Assembly: GCA_017654855.1 (NCBI GenBank)
Contig: CM030332.1
Span: 2,914,001-2,978,000, forward strand
Length of the DNA: 64,000 nt
Source of the DNA: Podospora anserina
Taxonomy: Eukaryota
Direction of reading: 5' to 3'
A program made the position numbers and the translations under genes. Below the pieces are notes generated by a model, which saw nothing but the letters and a program-made list of their open reading frames with translations, searched no databases and was not told the DNA's origin. Shown piece by piece: positions 50,894 through 64,000 of this stretch (positions are counted from its first letter, which is position 1; each line of letters opens with the position of its first letter).

Positions 50894-53800
50894 ATGGCTT
50901 TCGGTTTTGGAAACGCGAGCAATGCCATGATGGGCGCACCTTCCGCTGGCGGGGTGGGGGGGTTGTCGCAAGGAAGCGATCTCGAGGTTATCCAGACAGA
51001 GGTGAGATAGGTGCACGGTGACAGGTGGTTGAGCTCACACCAGAGTGGAGTGTTAATTTGTATATACAGGGTCTTGGATTTCTCTCTCTCGCCGGCGATT
51101 CAAAGGTTCAGTTGACCTCAAAATGGCAGCCTGCTCCAGCCCCAACGGCATCCCTTCTTAGCATTGCCCCTCGAAAGGGTCTGGTTGCTGCGGCCAGCCC
51201 AGATGCGGTACACATCGCCACAACCGAGTCTGTACGGAAAGCGTTCGAGGGCCCTAAGAATGGCGATAGCGACGTCCGACCGTTCACACCCCAGGCCAAG
51301 GTGCCGCTTGGCATCAGGATCTCACAGTTAGCCTTCACCGTGGATGAACAATTCCTCATTCTTTCCGCCGAGTCGGGCGGTGGTCTTGCTGTCTACAATA
51401 CCGACACGCTTACACAAGGCGGCACGCAATCCGCCTTCGAAATACCTACAAATTCGGAATCTCTCAGGGCTCTGGTTCCAAATCCTTCACCGGATCTCTC
51501 GCACTTCGTCGCCATCGTGACGGACAAAGGCAACCTCTTGATGGCGAACCTTGCGGAGAAGAAGCTTGTATCGGGCGCGAATGGGCCAGTACTTCGTTCG
51601 CAAGTCAGCTGTGTCTCATGGAGCACCAAGGGAAAACAGCTGGTTGCTGGTGTAGCTGACGGCTCCATCTACCAAATGACACCCGAAGGTGTGGAAAAGG
51701 CACATATTCCAAAGTCCCCCAGTGTTGGAGATTACCATGTTGCCTCGTTGGCCTGGATTGAGAACCACGTGTTCCTTGCTGTTTACAACCAGACAAATGG
51801 TCAAGATCCATCTGTTTTCAACCTAATCACCCGCCATCAACCACCAGGAGGAACACCTACGTTCACCTATCAGAAGATCACTGACCCGGTAGAGCCTTTT
51901 GTGGCCGACAAGACACCACACCACACTATCCTCAGGCTGAAGGATTTCCCCCCAAATCTCGACGAGTGTTTGCTGGTTGCGTCAACGGCCAATGAAGGCA
52001 TTGGTTTATTGACACGCTCCAAGACCCCCTTGACACAGGACAAGGATGCGGACAAGATCACAAATGTGTTCACAACAACTGAGTTTGCTGACGATTCTAA
52101 GCGTGCTCAGCTCCCTATGGGCGAGGACCTGACCGATACGTTTCCTATCGGAGCGACGCTCGACCTGTCCAGCAAGGAAAAGGTTTACAAGCCCATCCCG
52201 ACGGACGAAATCGAGAACTCTCCCGGGCCTCTCCCTGGCCTGTGGGTGCTCAATAATGAAGGCGTGCTTGTGTCCTGGTGGGTTGTCTATAACGAATCTA
52301 TTCGGGCCGGGACAACGTATCCGGGCATCGTAGGAGGGTCTGCCGCTCAGGCAATCACACCAGCGGCCCCAGCTAGCTCTGGCGTCTCTGCCTTTGGGTC
52401 TCCTGCCGTTGCTAGCTCTGGAGCTTCTGCTTTTGGGTCCCCTGCCCTTGCCAGCCCTGGAGTCTCTGCCTTTGGCAAACCCTCTCCTGCTCCAGCTTTC
52501 GGGACACCGTCCTCTCCCGCGGCATTCGGTGGTTCCTCTGCTTTGGGAGCCAAGGCTTCACCCTGGGCTACCGCATCAGGTACATCTGCTGCCCCAGCGT
52601 TTGGTTCCAGCGCGTTCGGTAGTAAACCAGCTGCTGCTGTACCTGCGTTTGGTGCCCCTGCTTTTGGCCAGCCATCGGCCCCTGCGTTCGGCCAGAGTTC
52701 ACTAGGATTGGGGTCGGCTAAGCCTTCTCCATGGGCCACGGGAACAACTGCTTCTGCAGCACCTGCCTTTGGACAGTCAGGTTTAGGCAGCTCGGCAGCC
52801 GCCGCCGGTAAGGTGTTCGGTAGCGGTGCTGCTCCACCAGCTGGTGGTTTTGCCAGTTTTGCCAGTAAGGGTGGCTTTGGGTCTCTGGGCGGTGCTTCTT
52901 CCGGATCCAGCATCTTCGGATCAAAGCCTGCTGGCTCTGCCCCCGCCCCTGAAGTCTCAATGGATACACCTACAGCATTCCCTCCGCCGGCTGCGAAGAC
53001 GGACAGACCCGCTTTTGGGGCTTCTCCTTTTGTATTGGGAAGTACATTCAAGGCTGATACCTCAAGTGCTGCTAGTGCCTTTGAAACTAAAAAGCCAGAA
53101 GGCAGCTCCATGTTTGGAAGTGGGTTCAGCTCTGCCTTGGAAGCCCCAGCTTCCAAGGATGAGGATATGGATAGAGTAACGCCAGCGCCCGAGGAGAAGC
53201 CCAAGTCTGTATTTGGTGACCTCGGATCTACTACGCCAACATCGACACCGGCCCCCTCGAAGTTCGGCTTCCAAACTGCTGGCGCCGAAGCTGCCAAAAC
53301 GACCCTATTTGCCCCGAAGGCCTCGGCTCCCACATCTAGTATCTTTGGAACTCCAGGACCTGCTTCGTCGGGGCTTTTTAAGCCAAAGCCGGAAACTGAC
53401 CTCTTTGGTCAACCGAAGCCTGCTGCTAATCCTTTTGGCGCACCGAAACCTGCCGCGGCAAATGTATTTGGGTCACCAAAACCTGCGGAAAATCCTTTCG
53501 GAGCACCAAAGATCAAGCAAGAGGAAAGTGATAAAGAGAATGTTAAGAGTGTTCCGGCGGCCCCTCTGCCGCCGGATGCAACTAGTAAGGCCGACTTCTC
53601 TTTTAGCTCTTCATCTTCAGGATCAAACAACTCACAAGAAGCAGATACCAAAGCTCCTGTGAAAGCAGAGGAGGCGCCACTCCCTCCGGATTTCATGAAA
53701 CCAGGCCCCCCCTCGAAGGAAACATCTAAGTCACCAGGATTCAGTGAAAGCGATACTGGGCGGATGCCCCCCAACCTGCTTTCGAGCAAACCGAAGCCTG

Positions 53801-55563
53801 AGGTCTACGATGCCAAACCACCTACCCCTGAGGAGGCCCCCTTGCCGCCTGACTTTATCGGCAAGCCCGCCACCAAACTTCCGGATGTCCCTGCTGTGCC
53901 AGAAAGCCCCGACGAGAGTGAACTATCAGAATGTGACGTGGAAGATCAGACTCACGAACTTGAGGAAGGTGAGGTTGATGAAGAAGAGGAAGAGTACGAT
54001 GAGGAAGAATCGGAAGGCAGCGGCGTTGATGTGACTAAGGAGTTCAGCCCGACAGCTGGCGGTTTTGAGAGTCACACTCCTGGCATCACTCCCCATGGGT
54101 CTTTTGATGGTGGCATGACTGGAAGTGCGTTCTCGACCATTTCAAGATCCGAGGCCAACCAAGGTCGCCCGCTCTTTGGCGAGATCAACACGAGGAACGC
54201 CCCGTCGTTCCCCAAGCCGGTGCCGACAAGCCCTCGATCGCCGAGTCCGATGCGAGGTCCACCTCGGGCGAGCCTTCTTCGGCCTGGTCCCCCCGACACT
54301 CCTCGGTCCTTTGCGCCAGGTGTTGCGTCGGATCTCTTGGGACGTCGCTCAGCACCCCCGGCTACCAGCCCGTTCGGTTCTGCTCCAGCTAGCCGGGCGC
54401 GGCCACAGGAGGTCGACCCTAACATCAAAGCCCAGATGAGGCTCGCGGCCAAGCGAGAAGAAGAAGCCAAGCAAGCCCTCGTAGATCCGGAAGACGAGGG
54501 CATCCAGCAACTTCTCCGCTCCAAAATTGAGCCCACTCTGCAGATTGACGAGTTCTTGGCGACGGACACAAGGCTCAAGGAAATTGAGAAGCGCGGAGAG
54601 AACGAGATCCCAGCTGCGTGCGAGGCTCTCTGGCGGGATATCAACCGCATGATTGATCGCCTGGGCCTCAACTCCCGAGCGCTCCAGTCTTTCATCCTCG
54701 GCCATACCACCCTCCGCAAGGAGGACGGCCACGACCAGGACGATCTCGAACACCCCGATGACTGGGTCCTTGTCGAAGCTGAAGATCTCGGTAAAATAAT
54801 CGACAGCCAACTCTCCCGTCGCCTGGAAGAGGGCCGCATTCAAGAGATTGACCGCGTCGAAGATGAGATTTCTGGCCTGATGCGGGACCTGACCAAGCTC
54901 CGCGCCAAAGAAGAAGACATGCGCAAGATCATCATGGCGCATGTCGATCCCGACCAGGTGAATGTTGCCAAATCTTTACCTCTTAGTGCGGAGCAGGCCG
55001 CGCAGCAGAATGAGCTCAGACGATCCTTCGCGACGTTTTCGGGGCTGTTGGCGGGAGCAGAAGAGGCATTGACGCTGCTCAAGGCAAAGATTGCTTCTGC
55101 AGGGGGTGCGAGCGGTAGAGCACCTGTTCCTACGGTGGATGCCATCTTGAGAACGATTCAAAAGATGACCAGCATGGCGGAGAAGAGGAGCGGGGATATT
55201 GATGTTTTGGAGAACCAGATGAGGAGGTTGAGGTTGGGGACTCCGGCGAGGAGCAGGGAGGGGAGTCCGTTTGTTGGTGGAGGAGGGCCGGCCACGCCGA
55301 CGCCGAATAATAGGAGGTCGTTGTTGATGAGCCCCGGCAGGGGGGAGTCGCCTTTTGGGGCGTCGGTTAGGATGGGAAGTGTTGGACCTGGCGGCGGTGG
55401 TGGGGCGGGGCCTAGTCCGAGGAAGAAGTTGAGTCAGTTTAGTGAGGAGGAGAAGAAGGTGCTGAGGGAGAGGGAGAGGAGGAGGAAGAATGTGTTGGGG
55501 TTGTTGAGGGGGAGTTTGGAGAGGACGGGGGGGAATGTTAGTCGGTTGAGGGATGATGAGTAG
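50894..55563 (+). CDS. NUP159: FG nucleoporin Nup159/Nup214 (intron 51002-51069)
   Basis: N-terminal beta-propeller-like region (WSTKGKQLV), many SAFG/PAFG/FG repeats, acidic/Pro-rich linker and C-terminal coiled coil. Confidence 0.9.
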
Positions 55564-56061
55564 TTTGTATGGGAAAGGGGGACGGGAGCAAAGTGTATGC
55601 GTTTACAATCAAGGTTCACGGTGTTTTGCTTTGGAAGAGGTCTGGTCTCGTAAGTTGGGTTTGGCTCGCAGCATCGAGTTATATGTCTGTCTGGGTTGCT
55701 ACATAATTAGGATTGTCAAATCACAATTTTATGTGGTCAGTTGTGGTGCATGTGTGTGCGTGTATGTGTCTGTGTGGTAGACATGAAGCAAAATTGCTAT
55801 CTACCCCTATTTACTCCGCTTAGTTGTTGTATCCCACCACGCTGTCCTCTCAGAAGACTCTGAAACAAACCCACAAGAAGTTTGACTAAACCAAAAAAAA
55901 ACTCCATTAACGCCCGAAACACAGGCCCCTCCAAGATGAACAGTGATTTTCCGGCCTGTAGTAGGTAATATAGAACCAAATGCCATATCCTTCCTTTCCC
56001 TCCTTCGATTCATTCCTTCCTTGTCAATTCCCTAACCTTCCAACCTATCTCAGACGAGAAA

Positions 56062-57340
56062 TCAATCATCATCCCACTCATCCCCATTCCTAATCCCGCT
56101 TGGCTGCCCTCCGTTCTGCTGAGCCGCCTTCTGTTTCTTCTTCTTATCCTCCTCATTACTCTCACTCTCATCATCATTCAACGCCCTTGCCAAATCATCC
56201 GGATCCTGCATCTTCGCATCCGGATCCGCCCCCCCAGCCAAATCATCATCCGACTCATCCGCAAAACCTCCCCTACTATTGCTACTCGTCACACCCTGCT
56301 CCTGCCTCGACCCACCACTCTCCCCATCATAAACCCCCTCATCAGCACTAATACTAATCCCCCTACTCCCCCACTTTGCCCTCCCCGGCCTGGCATCCCG
56401 CCCAACCTCATGCCTCCCCGGTCCAAGCGCAGGCGCGCTCTCCTCATCATACTCATCCTCATCCGCCGCGTTGCTCCCACCCCTCAGGTGCTCGCTCCCA
56501 AAAATCTTACTCAACAACCACCCCCTCCTCAAATCATCCGCATCCACCACCCCCCCATTCCTCAGCTTGACCCTCTGCCTCGTCCAGTACACCCACGCAA
56601 AATCCGCATACAGCGCCGTCTGGACAATCCCAAAAATGACACTGATCGGGTTCGGCTTCCGCCCATTCGTGTCCAGCTCCCTGAGGAACCAGTTCAGCAG
56701 ATACAACCCCCTGTAGCTCCCCAAGAACACAATGTAAAAACTGGTAATCACCGTCGGGACGGTCGTCTGCCGCAGCAGCAACAGCTGCGGCAAAACGCAG
56801 ACTGACTCCAAGATCTGAGAGAACACCCAAAGCCATTCTGTAAAAGCCCACTCTCGTTGCTTATCAAAGATGAGCATAAAGAAGGGGGAGAGGACGAGGG
56901 ATCCGGAAAAGACGAGGCCGGCGAGCTTCCAGGCGATTTCCTTTTCGCGCGTGCGGGGGTAGACGAAGCGCATGATGCCGAGGGTGTAGAAGGAGGAGAG
57001 GAGGTAAAAGACTTTGAAGAAGTAGTTCCAGGCGTGGGTTTCGACGAAGAGGTCCGTGTAGCGGGTTACGAAGACGAGAGCGTAGAAGAGCTGGGTAAGG
57101 AGGGAGACGCCTGAGACACAAAAAGGGTTAGAGATGGTTGGGAAAGGGGGGGGAAGGGAGAAGGGGAAGAAAACTAACCTTCGGCGCTCCTGTTACGGTG
57201 GATGGAGAAGATGAGGATGCATTTTGCTGTTATGTGCGACAGGTCGGCCGCTATTCTGAAGATCTAGCTGGTTGTGAGCTTTGTCTGATCAATCCTTGTG
57301 ATTGATTGAGGTATCTGGCGTGACATACGTTCCAAGCCAT
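56062..57340 (-). CDS. ERD2: ER lumen protein-retaining (KDEL/HDEL) receptor family protein with long acidic C-terminal tail; 3 exons (first exon 12 nt, 57340-57329)
   Basis: MAWN|IFRIAADLSHITAKCILIFSIHRNRSAE|GVSLLTQLFYALVFVTRYTDLF...FSQILESVCVLPQL...LGSYRGLYLLNW...QTALYADF. Confidence 0.85.
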
Positions 57341-58477
57341 CTTGAACCACTATCCACCCCTGACGGTGTCTGTAGGTGCAAAAGACGCTATCGCAACGTG
57401 GAGAGCTTCGAGTTCGGGGGGGACAGGAGCTATGATTGCATCACAAGCAAGGTGCCGCTCGCAAGGGACACCTTGGAAACCAACAACAGGTGGGGTTGCG
57501 TAGGTGGTTTCGATGAAAGATGGTAGTATATAGACAGCGTCGCGGACGGCCTGTGTGAAGCTGGTAGCAGAAGAAGCTGGATTTGCGGTGGGAGAGGAAG
57601 TTTTGTTGATTCTGAAAGCGTGCGCGTCAAGCTCTTGATGCGGGTGGTTGCTGAGCTAGGTTGCAGGCGGCAGCAAACTGACGGCACTTTGCAGGCTGGG
57701 GAGGCGGGCCGGAGTGGCCCAACGATGATCAGCTGAGGTCAGCTGCGGAATCCCTAGGGTTAGGGTTGTATACCGAAAAGACATGCTCTTTGACACTCGA
57801 TTTAAGACATCGTTTACGTGATTTCCAGGTTTCCATTATGCAAAACACTTCAATCCATTCGGCCCGGGCACTACAAATTCCGTTGATGCGAAAGACTAAA
57901 AAACATGAGAAAAAGGGTCCAAGTCTCCCTTCCACTTCCGGCTGATATCCGGTGCCCTATGCCGGCCGCCTAAACCGGTCCGGAGCCGGCCTCGGCCCGG
58001 AAATGGTCCCCCGAGCAGATCAGCTCCGCGGCACGGCGCTGCATCAACTTCCCTCGGATGATTCAGAGCTAAGAGTTTCACTTTTGGGCAATTGGTCCAA
58101 TGATTGGTGTGATCTCATCTTCTCATTACTAGTTTTCAAGGAACAGCATCATTCCAAGCTATCAATACAGTAGCAGTCATGTTGTTCCTGCTCTCAACAA
58201 ACCAGCGAACTTGATCCAAAAAATCCAAAATACAAAACAATAACCAAATAGATCAAGCTGGTATGAGTTATGCTTTGCTCCTCCTCGCAGCAAGAAAAAT
58301 GACCGCCACTAAAACAATGGTACATCTATTCTTCCTAGCCAGGGCTTCCTAATCGGCGTCGCTTCTCTTGGCTCGGCCCAGCCCCGTCCATGAAACTCTT
58401 TGCTGCAATTCCCAAGGAGCGCCGTGCAAATGCGGGTAAAATAAAAAGAACACAGTTAGTGAAATCGCTCAAGTGAC

Positions 58478-60399
58478 TTAGATCTCAAGAGTGACCTTCT
58501 GGCCCTTGACTCTACCGATCACTTGGCCAGGAGCATACTTGGGAATGACCTCGTCGTCGTGGAGCATCTCGAACTCCTCGGTGGCATCGCGGCCCATGAA
58601 GTTGAGGATAGCCTGGGGACCACCGGGGTGGTCATCGAGCCAGTTGGTGAGGTCCATGACGACACCCTTGACAACAACCCAGAGATCCTCCTTCTTGTTG
58701 TGCTTGGCAACCTCCTCAAGAGTGAACTCCTTGTCGGGGATGGTGAAAGCCTTGGTGTCGGCCTTGGCGGGGGCAGCAGCAGCCTTCTCGGCAGGGGCAC
58801 CAGTCTGAGCACCGGGAGCAGGGAGAGCAGCCTGCTCACCACCCCACTGGACCGAGATCTTGCCGGGAGTGGAAGGATCGATGTGGAGGGCGATCTGGCC
58901 GAGACGGGCAGCGCCAACATTGCCCTTGAGAGCCTGCTGGAAGTGGTAGTTGGCAGCAGAGTCACCGGCAACACGGCCGTAGACGACGCATCCAAGGAGG
59001 GAAGAACCACCAAGACGGTTGGCACCGTGGACACCACCGGCAAGCTCACCGCAGGCGAAGAGACCCTCGAAGGGCTTGCCCTCCTTGTTGAGAACCTGGG
59101 CCTTGTCGTTGATCTCGATACCACCCATGGTGAAGTGGAGAACGGGCTCCATCAGGGAGACGTGGAAGTCATCGTTGATGTCGAGGGGCATGTTGTGGAA
59201 GAACTTCTTGCCCCAAGGATCCTTCTGCTTGCCCTCGGCAATGGCGTTGTAGGTCTGGAAGGTCTTCTGGAGGTGCTCGGGAGTGCAGCCGATCTCCTTG
59301 GCGAGCTCCTTGCCGGTGATCTTCTTCATGAGACCACGGCCAGAGTAGTGGCGAGTGTGGAAGTCAAGGACCTTGGAGGCCTTGGAGTTGAGGACAAGGC
59401 GGACGGGGTACTTGCCCTTGTCCTTCTCCTTGTGGATCATGCCAGAGACGTAGTCACGGTGGCCGAGCTCGTCGCAGAAGCGGTCACCATCACCGTTGAG
59501 AAGGATACCACCCTCACCACGGAGAGCCTCAGCAGCCAAGAACTTCCACTTGGAGCCGGGGTCCTTGGGGTCGACGAGACCAGTAGGGTGGACCTGAACC
59601 TTGTCCATGTCGATGCCGTTGCCGCCAATCTTCATGACGAGCTTCTGACCATCACCGGTAGCGTGGGAGCCGTTGGTGGTGGCAAGACCCATGGTGTCGG
59701 GTCTGTGCTTCTGGAGGAGCGAGCCCTCACCGAAATCGGCGGCATAACCACCGGTAGCGAGGACGACGGGGCCGTGGATGGTGAGGGTCTGGCCCTCGTG
59801 CTCAGCCTTGACACCGCTGATGACGTTGCCCTCCTTGATGAGGTCAACAACGCGGGCCTTCTTGGTGATCTTGACACGGTGGGGCTCGGTCTCGGCGAGC
59901 TCCTCGAGTCTCTGCATCAGAGCGTATGTGATGGCCATGCCGGGAAACTTGGCATCGTGACCACGGTGGGTACGGGGCTGAGAGTGACCACTGATCACAG
60001 CATGTTAGCAAGGCTGTCTAACTACCGGAAATGCCGGAAAGTAGTTGCCACTTACCCAAGACGGGAAACGAGTGTGAGGTCAAGGTTGAAGACATCCTGG
60101 AGCCACTCAACGGCAGCAGCGGACTTGTAAGTGAGGACCTTGATAAGGTCGGGTCTGGCCTTGTCACGGGCAGACTTGAGTGTGTCGTCGTAGAACTGCT
60201 TCACGGAGTCCTTGATCCCAAGATCAACCTGGGTGCGGGTGAGGGCACCGTTGATGCCAGAGGTGGCCTTGGTGGAGTTACCACCGAAAAAGCCCTGCTT
60301 GTCGAGGACGTGGACGTTACCACCGGCGAGGTAGATGGAGTGCGCCGCCGAAAGACCCGCCAGACCGCCACCGACAACAATTACCGTGTTGGACGCCAT
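58478..60399 (-). CDS. OSM1: Soluble FAD-dependent fumarate reductase (Osm1/Frd1 family) with C-terminal cytochrome b5 domain; intron 60055-59991
   Basis: VIVVGGGLAGLSAA...GGNSTKATSGING...GGHSQPRTHR...VQVHPTG...EALRGEGG...HFTMGG...HGANRLGGSSL; b5 domain EVAKHN..DLW..HPGG..GRDATEEF..H. Confidence 0.93.
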
Positions 60400-61808
60400 T
60401 GTATCTGAAAAGAAGCAAATGCCGAGCAAAGTCGATAATGGAATGAAGGAAAAAGTTGTTGCAGAGGAGAACGGCCTGGAATGAAGACGGGTTCGAGGGA
60501 GGTGGTTTGTTAAATGATTCGCGCGTCGTCCGTCGTCTGTGGTAAGCCGAGGTCTGGATCCTGTTAGGCCGAGTCTTAGCCTCAGTGAAACCCCCACTGG
60601 AAGCGATATCCAAACGCAGGCCGAGACAGCTAGGGACAGGTACAGGCAAACTTACCCAGGTTATGTTTGTCTAGGAACGGGTATCTTGAAGAAGAGAAGA
60701 ATGAGAGAGAGCTGCACACTGAATGGTAGAAGGAGGACAAAGAGAAGCTGGTGTTGCGGCAGAGGGTGGCTTCTATAACGTCCCGGTTCGGACGCCTTGC
60801 GCTGTCCCTGACTTGCGAGGTTGCCGAGGCTTGGACGGTTGCCACTGGATCCGGGCAGTCCACACATCACATGCAGCCTGCCCCCCCCCCCGCCCAAACA
60901 ACAGCTCAATGTGGAATTCCCCGAGCTCGTCGGTCCTCTCGCGAAGAGACCAGCAACCCCCTGTTACCCCAGTTTTACCCCAAGTTGAGCCCGGCAAAAA
61001 GTCAGTCGCAAAGCTGCTGATGGAACGTGGGAGGACACTTCAATGACATGTGATGCATTGAGGTCCAAGAAAGGCTGCAGCCTTGGCGACACTGGGCTCA
61101 TCACTTGATCAAATCCTCACTTCGGACCACGGCCACGTCCTTGCCTTAATTGCATCGCAATGGCCGAGGATGTTGTCGACTGCAGACCGACACATGGCCG
61201 TGGGAACATTTGGACCTTGGGTGTCGGAATTGAACCATCAACCCCAAAGTCTCCAACCGGGGGCTTGTAAGGCTTGGCTCTGAAGTTAGCCAGCGCCAGG
61301 CGCTCTTACAAATCCTAGCCCACCGATTCGTCGCCGCCTTCGTCTTCACACCCGATGAATCAGCTGACGTCACTGGAGATTCCGTGCGCTGATGGAACTA
61401 ACACCTCGAACATGAGGCTTCAAATATTCATTGTTTTATGATACTAGATACACTTTGACTATTGGATTCGAGGCTCCGAGCGAAGGCAAAAGAGGATTGC
61501 CAATTCCATGAGAACGGCTTGCCTCCACCGGTCAGGTGGCGCGATGCCCAGAATAGGATTTGGAATGGCTTCATATTTGTAGTGTAGGTTCAAATGCAAC
61601 TATGTCCCCATGTAAGCAAACTACGCGTGCTCGCTGATTCTTGCTAATTCATACCGAAAATTAAGTAAACAAGAAACCCATTGAATCCATATCTAATTCC
61701 TACGCCGAACAGCCCAGCCAGATCTTGGTGATGTTTTTGAACTCCCGCCAGCCGTTATCCATTCTCCCCATTCCTAACAACACATTGCTCCCTTACCACC
61801 CTCCCCCT

Positions 61809-62777
61809 TCACTCAAGCTCAATCTCAACCTTCTCCGCAATCACATACCAAATCGCCGCCTCAACAATCCGACAAACAATCTTCAAGTCACTCTCATCTG
61901 TCCACATCATCTCACGTCAGCCCTCTCACATCAACCCCATAGGTAGGTAGGTAGGTAGGTATCAAAAACAAAGAATAGAGAACTCACCCCTAGGAGCATA
62001 AACCATACTAAACGTCTCCGGCAACGGCGCCCTAACCCACCCGCTCCACGCCATCGGATGCCTCTGCCCCCACCCCTTCTCCAAAATCTCCTTGATATCA
62101 TCCGGGTGCAAGTTCATATGCATCGACCGATCCGAACTGTGAATATGGACAATCTCCCCGTTCCCACAAACATTCAACGGGTGTCTCGCAAACAGCGCAA
62201 ACCCGTGCTTCTCCAGACAAGACGTTGCGGTGACAAACACACTGGGGTGCTTCTTTGACAGGTTCTCGAGTGCTGCCCTCAGTCGGTTGTAGCACTCTAC
62301 TGAGCCGTGCTGGTTTAGCTGACGCTGGGGTGCCAGACCGGCTACGGTTGGGCGAGGGCCCGGGCGGTAAGGGAGTTTGGATAGGATCCCGGTGGAGGGG
62401 GAGGAGACGACGTCCCGAGGGGGGGGTGTGAAGGGGTCGCGGAGGGTGAAGAGGCGGTAAAAGGTTAGACGGGCGTAGCCGGAGGGGGTGGGGGGTGTCC
62501 CACCGGGGCCGAGCTTGAGGAAGTTGAGGTAGTCGTTGTGGATGAGGAGGGCGATGGGGACGGCGATGATGAGGAACTCGAGGAGGAGGTGGTCAACGAA
62601 GTGCATTCCCAGGACTGTCAGGATGGAGACGGCCAGGAGGGCGGAGGCGTCGAGTGTTACGTAGAATGGGTCTTGGCGGATGACCATGTTGACGGTGGGT
62701 TGCTGTTGTTGGGAGGACGGGTCGGCGGGTAGGGAGGACATGGTTTTTGATGGCTCTGAGGTGACTGTGAGAGACAT
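61809..62777 (-). CDS. Luciferase-like domain protein with N-terminal TM segments (intron 61987-61898)
   Basis: DYLNFLKLGPGGTP...RPTVAGLAPQRQL...SCLEKHG...EIVHIHSSDRSMHMNLHP...GWGQRHP...VYAPR|DESDLKIVCRIVEAA, resembling the fungal luciferase family. Confidence 0.78.
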
Positions 62778-64000
62778 TTTGGACGATGCGATATCGTTAA
62801 TATTGGTGGTGATATTGGTGTTGGGACTGTTGTGAGAGCACTCTGGGACCTAACAGTCCGAGCTATTTTGATTGATTTCAGCGTCGAGATGTCCAGCTGT
62901 TAGCAAAGCCAATATTCATGTCAGTGAGATGGATGGTTGTGGTTATCGGTTGGGCTTGAGCATTCTTCAACACAGGGAGAGGACGAGATGGTCTTGTACG
63001 GCGATTCTATGTGCCTCCCGGGTCACTAGGGGTGAAAGCGGAAGAGGGCGGAGATATACAAGTAATACCAAGCGATTATCGGCAGCAAGGCAGGTGAGAC
63101 AACAGGTTGAGTTTCCAGAGTGTTCTAGTGAAGCGTGATGGCTCACTGCATATATAGACGATTCGGTGAAGACCACACGGCCCATGCCACGACAAGGTGC
63201 ATATTTGAAGCCCTGGTGTCTAGGATGTAAGGATGTGAAAGATCATGAACGACTGGTGGAACAATGGTGTCACCATGCGTTTAAGTGGGCCGCAGAGCAG
63301 GGCAGAGGGGGGCTGTCATCACTCGATGAGAACAAAGCAACCCTTTCCGTTCGGGTGGTAGCCGTAAGCTGATGCCCACTCAGGGTACCAAGCCCGCCCG
63401 ATGCTGATCCCAGCTGCATGTATGCGACTTATGAAGGAGCTAGCTTCAAATGCAGATGTCAAACGTGATATCTCGTAGATTCCGAAAGTTATGTTTTGTT
63501 GGATGGGAAACTGTTGTGTTCAGGAAGACAGTTTTCTTTCATGAGGAGGACGTCATGGTGGACTCGAGGGTTTGATCTGCATTGGCGTGTGTCTTCCATT
63601 GATGAATTTTGCTTGGGAGATAGGAATTAATAGACGTGGTGACGTCTGTTGATGATATGTGCAAGGTGTCTCACCCAAAGGCAACTTCCGTGTAAGTCGA
63701 ACATCAAAAAGTGCCATTGCCTCGTTGCAGCCTTCGATGCCTTTGGTTTGCAATAGCATCAACCTCAAGTCGACAAACCATTCCAACTTGGAGAGTCCGA
63801 AAATGTTTCGGTTCTACCATGCCCGTTATTCAAATCAACTATTGTACTGCCATCCCACGCACTCAGGTTCCCCTCTCGGACGCATTCTTCAAAACTTGAA
63901 GAACTGGCAGGTCTTATGATCTACTGCATTGAAGAAAAGCCATCTGATTCGTCTATACCCAGCCTATTCACACTGCAGAGCTAACGATGCGAGTACACCC

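Noticed and set aside
32903-57340. Several secretory-pathway genes (PER1, ERV46, ERD2-like) in one window
   Set aside because: Interspersed with unrelated housekeeping genes; no evidence of a functional cluster.
58523-60130. 535-aa antisense ORF over the fumarate reductase
   Set aside because: Expected shadow ORF from strong codon bias in a highly expressed gene; no independent motif.

Overview
Eukaryotic, intron-containing fungal DNA. The short GT-AG introns with CTRAC branch sites, (TAGG)n microsatellites and gene set point to a Sordariomycete, probably Sordariales/Podospora-like (inference). About 19 protein-coding loci were reconstructed by hand from the ORF track plus splice signals: ARL8, RPS16, an RCR-family membrane protein, a Cys-rich/GYQ-rich single-pass membrane protein, a large unknown protein, a Zn2Cys6 transcription factor, RTG2, an O-fucosyltransferase-like protein, a Ser/Pro-rich unknown, PER1, a GNAT, ERV46, an orphan, a SEL1-repeat DSF2/Nif1-like protein, PUP1, NUP159, an ERD2-like receptor, a fumarate reductase-cytochrome b5 fusion and a luciferase-domain protein. 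An accessory island at ~39.4-42.5 kb holds a truncated ankyrin-protein N-terminus and a 2EXR-domain gene interrupted by two in-frame TAG codons, both in TAGGA context. That gene is either a candidate for A-to-I stop-codon correction or a RIP/decayed pseudogene. A degenerate 21-bp minisatellite occurs at both 39.4 kb and 48.9 kb. Other points of interest are a GC-AG intron that splits the zinc cluster, an AUG-less presequence-like frame upstream of the fumarate reductase, and a recurrent C-rich to G-rich switch along genes. No tRNA, rRNA, CRISPR array or intact transposon was recognised.
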